DNA of 64,000 nucleotides from Candidatus Woesearchaeota archaeon (GTDB taxonomy: Archaea; Nanobdellota; Nanobdellia; Woesearchaeales; UBA525). The stretch spans positions 29,943 through 93,942 of the forward strand of contig JAPPOH010000005.1 in the NCBI GenBank assembly GCA_028818155.1, given 5' to 3'. Shown here one piece after another: positions 60,472-64,000 of the stretch. The notes below the pieces were generated by a model, which did not search any database, was not told the DNA's origin, and saw nothing but the letters and a program-made list of their open reading frames with translations. The translations under genes and the position numbers were made by a program. Position 1 is the stretch's first letter, and every line of letters starts with the position of its first letter.

Positions 60472-60544
60472 CACTGGACACATAGTTTCTCGTCGATAAA
60501 ACAGTGAAATCACCACTGGACATGTACGCGTGGCGTATTTAAAT
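60472..60544 (+). promoter_or_regulatory. Promoter of the endonuclease/PC4-like/radA unit with two CACTGGACA boxes
   Basis: CACTGGACA at 60472 and 60514 (42 bp apart), followed by TATTTAAAT at 60536. Confidence 0.55.
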
Positions 60545-60564
60545 GAAATCTGTCTCTTTGTTCT

Positions 60565-61505
60565 TGTTGGAAACACCAACACCCCCCTTTCGGCTGCTGT
60601 GGACTCCCACCGCTGTACCACTCTCGCGGTGGCCCACAACTCCTTTCCCGAAAGATGAAACAAAATGAAAAACAAACACTGGCCAAAAACGGATATTGAG
60701 TATATGAAGAAGCATTACTCAGATATGGAAGATGAATATCTTGCTTGGTTTTTCGGAAGAACACCTAATGCAGTACGTATTATGGCTCACAGACTTGGTT
60801 TGAGTAAGAGATCTGTTCAATACAGACTGGGTTTGAAATTAACGCAAGAAGAAGAACAAGTTATTGTTGGAGGTCTTCTAGGTGACCTACATTCAAGAGT
60901 TACAAAGACAGCAAAAAATCCAAGACTAGAAGGTGGTCATGGATTCAAGCAGAGAGAATACATGCTTTGGAAAGTATCGCTTTTGAAGAGATTAAAATGG
61001 TGGATTTACAAGACAAAAATTAATACGTATTCCTACCAGAGTAAAAATTTTCCAGCACTCTGGAAGTATCAAAATTTATTCTACCCAAATGGTGAGAAAA
61101 TTATCACAAGAGAGACTCTTGATCTTCTTGATGATTTTGGTGTTCTTATTTGGTATCTTGATGATGGATCATACGTTAAAAAAGATAAATCATGTCGTTT
61201 CCACACGAATGGCTTCTCAGCTAACGAGCAGAAAGAGATTCTTTGGTGGTTTAACGAAAAATACAGTATAAATCCAAGAATTCATACACAAAGAGACTCA
61301 AAAAACTACCCTGGAAAAAAATGGGAATACATCTACATATCCCGAAAAGATACGAAAAAATTATTCAAATCCCTTGAAAAATTCGAAATTCCTGACTGTA
61401 TGCGATACAAATTCGGTCGGAATTTATCACACTCCACTAATTTTCACGAGCAAGAAGCTATGGCTCCGAAAATTGGGTGAAACAAGATCCGAAAGGAAAG
61501 GAGGT
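60565..61505 (+). ncRNA. Putative structured leader RNA enclosing the LAGLIDADG ORF
   Basis: Hairpins at 60565-60581, 60598-60638 and 61437-61476; long-range pairing CTCCTTTCC (60640-60648) with GGAAAGGAG (61495-61503). Confidence 0.5.
60665..61480 (+). CDS. Free-standing LAGLIDADG homing endonuclease (two-motif, LAGLIDADG_2-like) with N-terminal Myb/HTH-like domain
   Basis: Motif 1 'VIVGGLLGDLH', motif 2 'VLIWYLDDGS', 'HTNGFS..E', 'CMRYKF'. Visibly more AT-rich than its neighbours. Confidence 0.88.
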   Translation: MKNKHWPKTDIEYMKKHYSDMEDEYLAWFFGRTPNAVRIMAHRLGLSKRSVQYRLGLKLTQEEEQVIVGGLLGDLHSRVTKTAKNPRLEGGHGFKQREYMLWKVSLLKRLKWWIYKTKINTYSYQSKNFPALWKYQNLFYPNGEKIITRETLDLLDDFGVLIWYLDDGSYVKKDKSCRFHTNGFSANEQKEILWWFNEKYSINPRIHTQRDSKNYPGKKWEYIYISRKDTKKLFKSLEKFEIPDCMRYKFGRNLSHSTNFHEQEAMAPKIG

Positions 61506-61511
61506 ATATAA

Positions 61512-61784
61512 ATGGAACAAACATATCAGTTCAAACCTGAACAAAAGGCAATGCCAGTGAAGAGCTTCAAAGCAGGAGCCCTACAAATAGCCATCTGGGA
61601 GAACCAGAGCGAGATTAACGGGCAACCACAAAGCTACAAAACCGTTTCTTTTGACCGCCGCTATAAGGATAAAGATGGCAATTGGAAATCTACGAGTCAG
61701 TTACGATTGAACGACCTGCCAAAGGCAGCACTGATTCTCAACGAAGCGTACAAGTATTTGGTACTCACAGAACCAAATGAATAA
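61512..61784 (+). CDS. Small putative ssDNA-binding protein (PC4/whirly-like beta fold)
   Basis: 'PVKSFKAGALQIAIWEN...VSFDRRYKDKDGNWKSTSQL..DLPKAALIL..AYKYL', with a strong GGAGGT RBS. Fold assignment is inferred. Confidence 0.75.
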   Translation: MEQTYQFKPEQKAMPVKSFKAGALQIAIWENQSEINGQPQSYKTVSFDRRYKDKDGNWKSTSQLRLNDLPKAALILNEAYKYLVLTEPNE

Positions 61785-61803
61785 AAACCACGAGGTACTC
61801 ACG

Positions 61804-62793
61804 ATGGAACAAGAGGTAATTATGGAAGAAGAAATCACAAAGGCACCAGAACAAGACACGGTGAAGGACATGACGGTCATGGACCTTCCAGGCGTCGGTG
61901 CTGCAACAGCAGAAAAGCTTGAGAATGCAGGATATGATGACCTGATGAGCATTGCAGTCGCATCCCCAGGAGAGATTGTGAATGCATCCGGTGTCTCAGA
62001 GTCTGTGGGCAGGAAGCTCATTCAAGCTGCAAGAGCTTCATTAGAAATGGGCTTCACCAGCGGCGAAGACCTCATGAAAAAGCGAGAGACAGTCGAGAAA
62101 ATCAGCACGAACGTGCAAGATTTCGACAGAATCCTCGGCGGCGGCTTCGAAACGGGCTGCATTACCGAATGTTTTGGCCAGTATGGGAGTTGCAAGACGC
62201 AAATTGCACATCAACTTGCCGTGAATGTCGTCGCACAAGACCCAGAAGGCGTGACAGTGTTCATTGACACGGAAAACACCTTCAGGCCTGAGCGAATCAA
62301 ACAATTTGCAGAGGGCAAAGAACTTGATGGCGATGAAGTGCTGAAAAACATTCGTGTTGCGAAGGCATACAACTCCGATCATCAAATGTTGTTAGCTGAA
62401 AAGGTTGAGGAGCTCATCAAAGATGGCGTGAAGGTTAAGGCAGTTGTTGTTGATAGCCTGACAGCACACTTTCGAGCAGAGTTTGTCGGACGAGGCACGT
62501 TAGCTGAGCGACAGCAGAAGATCAACAAGCACATGCGAGTATTATCAAAGCTTGCAGACCGCTACAACATTGTTGTGTACGTGACAAATCAAGTCATGGC
62601 GAAGCCAGACGCGTTCTTTGGCGACCCAACAGAAGCGATCGGCGGTCACATCGTTGGACATAACAGCACGTTCAGAGTCTACCTCAGGAGAGGCAAGAAA
62701 GGCACGAGAGTTGCGAAACTTGTTGACGCACCAAACATGCCTGACGACGAAGCGGTCTTTATGGTAACTGAGACGGGCATTATCGATGTCTAA
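61804..62793 (+). CDS. radA: DNA repair and recombination protein RadA
   Basis: HhH 'LPGVGAATAEKL', 'ILGGGFETG.ITE', 'IDTENTFRPERI', 'VVDSLTAHFRAEFVGRGTLAERQQ', 'TNQV', 'GGHIVGH'. Confidence 0.97.
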   Translation: MEQEVIMEEEITKAPEQDTVKDMTVMDLPGVGAATAEKLENAGYDDLMSIAVASPGEIVNASGVSESVGRKLIQAARASLEMGFTSGEDLMKKRETVEKISTNVQDFDRILGGGFETGCITECFGQYGSCKTQIAHQLAVNVVAQDPEGVTVFIDTENTFRPERIKQFAEGKELDGDEVLKNIRVAKAYNSDHQMLLAEKVEELIKDGVKVKAVVVDSLTAHFRAEFVGRGTLAERQQKINKHMRVLSKLADRYNIVVYVTNQVMAKPDAFFGDPTEAIGGHIVGHNSTFRVYLRRGKKGTRVAKLVDAPNMPDDEAVFMVTETGIIDV

Positions 62794-62808
62794 CTTTTTT
62801 TTTCTTTT
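62794..62808 (+). terminator. Oligo-T terminator after radA
   Basis: CTTTTTTTTTCTTTT immediately after the TAA. Confidence 0.6.
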
Positions 62809-62847
62809 CATATAACTATATAAACAACGATAGCCACTCGAGTAATA

Positions 62848-63015
62848 ATGGAAAAAAGTGAACTAGATATGGAAGCGCTCAAAGCGAAGATGGAGCTATT
62901 AGATACTGAACCGATGTCTCCCGAAGATGAGAAATTCTTAGAACAAGCGCTAGAGGCAGATAAAAAGGGAGAAACGATATCACTCGAGGATCTTAAGAAA
63001 GAACTCGGAGTGTAA
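62848..63015 (+). CDS. RelB-like acidic antitoxin, 55 aa
   Basis: Hand translation MEKSELDMEALKAKMELLDTEPMSPEDEKFLEQALEADKKGETISLEDLKKELGV*, typical 'G..ISLEELKKELG' end; abuts relE. Not in the ORF track. Confidence 0.8.
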   Translation: MEKSELDMEALKAKMELLDTEPMSPEDEKFLEQALEADKKGETISLEDLKKELGV

Positions 63016-63270
63016 ATGTTCAAGCTGAAGATAGATGTTCAACCTAGAAAATTTCTTCGAAAATGTGACATGAGGATACGGGCAAGATTGACGAGATCTC
63101 TCAAAAATCTCACTATTGATCCTTTTCCCCCAGATACAAAACGTATCGTAGGAAGAAAACAAAAAGCATTTAGAAAAAGAGTCGGAAACTGCAGAATTTT
63201 GTATACTGTTAACTTCACTGAGAAGAAAATCGTAGCCTTTAAAATCGAAAAACGAGAAAGAGCGTACTAG
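63016..63270 (+). CDS. relE: RelE/ParE family toxin
   Basis: 'KFLRK...LKNLTIDPFP...FRKRVGNCRILY.V.......V.KIEKRERAY'. Confidence 0.88.
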   Translation: MFKLKIDVQPRKFLRKCDMRIRARLTRSLKNLTIDPFPPDTKRIVGRKQKAFRKRVGNCRILYTVNFTEKKIVAFKIEKRERAY

Positions 63271-63345
63271 AAATCATAAAATGGACAATATTATCCAAAT
63301 ATGGATAACGTTGAGGGAGATTGACAGAACAGTAACTTCTTTAAA

Positions 63346-63597
63346 GTGGTCAGCGTTTCTCATGGTATGATTGAACGTGCACTCGAGACAGGCTATGAAG
63401 CCATTGAATCTGCTTACCGTCTTGCATTTGGCCCTAGAGGTAATCTCACTGCAACCGTACGAACCCCTCGAGAAGATTTTGGAAGTCTCCCATGGACACT
63501 TCGTACGATGAAAATAGATGCTGTAGTAGCATATCGCACTCTTCGATACAAGTCACTCAACGCGGCAAGAACTATCGATACTCGTCTCGGATTCTAA
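63346..63597 (+). CDS. Hypothetical protein
   Basis: ORF ending flush with the zwf stop; start uncertain. Confidence 0.4.
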   Translation: MVSVSHGMIERALETGYEAIESAYRLAFGPRGNLTATVRTPREDFGSLPWTLRTMKIDAVVAYRTLRYKSLNAARTIDTRLGF

Positions 63598-63999
63598 TCA
63601 CTCCATCTTCGCGTTGCCCATCCAATCGCGATGATCTTTCTTCATAAGACCAAGGGCAGCCTCAGGACCATGCGAGCCTGCAGGATAGAAATGAATACCA
63701 TTATCGGAAGAACGGAGTGCATCGGTGATCTTCCACGCCTGCTCCACGAAATCCCAGCGCGTAAAGAGTGTCTGATCTCCCTTTGCGCAATCCTCTAACA
63801 TAACCTCGTACGCCTCTGCCGAGTTCCCAGCAACTGCATCATGCACGTAACTCATCGCATGCGGACTCACTTCTCGGTCACCTTCAGCTAAATTAAAGAG
63901 AAACTTCACACCTTCATCAGGCTGAATACGAATGACAAGCACATTCTCGCCCGTACCGCGTTTCGCGTCACAAAACATCTTACAATCAGTATGTTTGAA
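63598..63999 (-). CDS. zwf: Glucose-6-phosphate 1-dehydrogenase, bacterial type, C-terminal part
   Basis: 'NVLVIRIQPDEG', 'AYEVMLEDCAKGDQTLF.R.D.VEQAW.ITD', 'YPAGSHGPEAA'. Frame open to the window end. Confidence 0.92.
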   Translation of the reverse strand, partial: FKHTDCKMFCDAKRGTGENVLVIRIQPDEGVKFLFNLAEGDREVSPHAMSYVHDAVAGNSAEAYEVMLEDCAKGDQTLFTRWDFVEQAWKITDALRSSDNGIHFYPAGSHGPEAALGLMKKDHRDWMGNAKME

Positions 64000-64000
64000 G

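Noticed and set aside
60451..60475. Hammerhead ribozyme suggested by CTGAAGA...GAAA
   Set aside because: Stem II does not close correctly before GAAA, and stems I and III cannot be formed.
60640..61503. Canonical bulge-helix-bulge intron or group I intron around the LAGLIDADG ORF
   Set aside because: The central helix CGAA/UCCG has an A-C mismatch and the inner helix fails; no group I P7 or J8/7 consensus is visible. Only a relaxed form remains possible.
60598..61511. HDV-like ribozyme with the endonuclease in P4
   Set aside because: P1-like (GUGGACU/GGCCCAC) and P3-like (ACC/GGU) pairings can be drawn, but there is no GG for P1.1, no catalytic C in J4/2 and no convincing P2.
1..64000. CRISPR array, rRNA genes, intact IS element or integrase
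   Set aside because: No regularly spaced short repeats, rRNA-like tracts, or DDE/tyrosine recombinase ORFs were seen.

Overview
Chromosomal window of an archaeon, most likely a DPANN/Woesearchaeota-type organism (inferred from gene content and style; not proven). Left end: the start of a PolD small subunit gene, cdc6/orc1, and a replication origin with three ORB-like boxes, an AT-rich DUE and an orphan tRNA 3' fragment. Next comes about 40 kb (1922-41697, minus strand) of translationally coupled secreted surface-protein genes (575, 742, 3536, 2785 and ~5392 aa) in two sub-operons. Each sub-operon is headed by a small DNA-binding protein (an RHH missed by the ORF track, and a wHTH) with palindromic operators. 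The giant proteins are mosaics of Ig-like stalks, DUF2341-like carriers, C1q-like and H-type-lectin-like heads. One ~288-aa lectin-like cassette has been inserted in frame into three different host domains. The right 22 kb mixes core genes (trmB, traB, gdhA, rpa, radA, bacterial-type zwf), toxin-antitoxin loci and orphan ORFs, two of them with internal stops. A free-standing LAGLIDADG endonuclease sits inside a structured leader whose flanks pair with each other and cover the ribosome-binding site of a PC4-like gene upstream of radA. All family assignments come from motif recognition by eye; no database searches were run.
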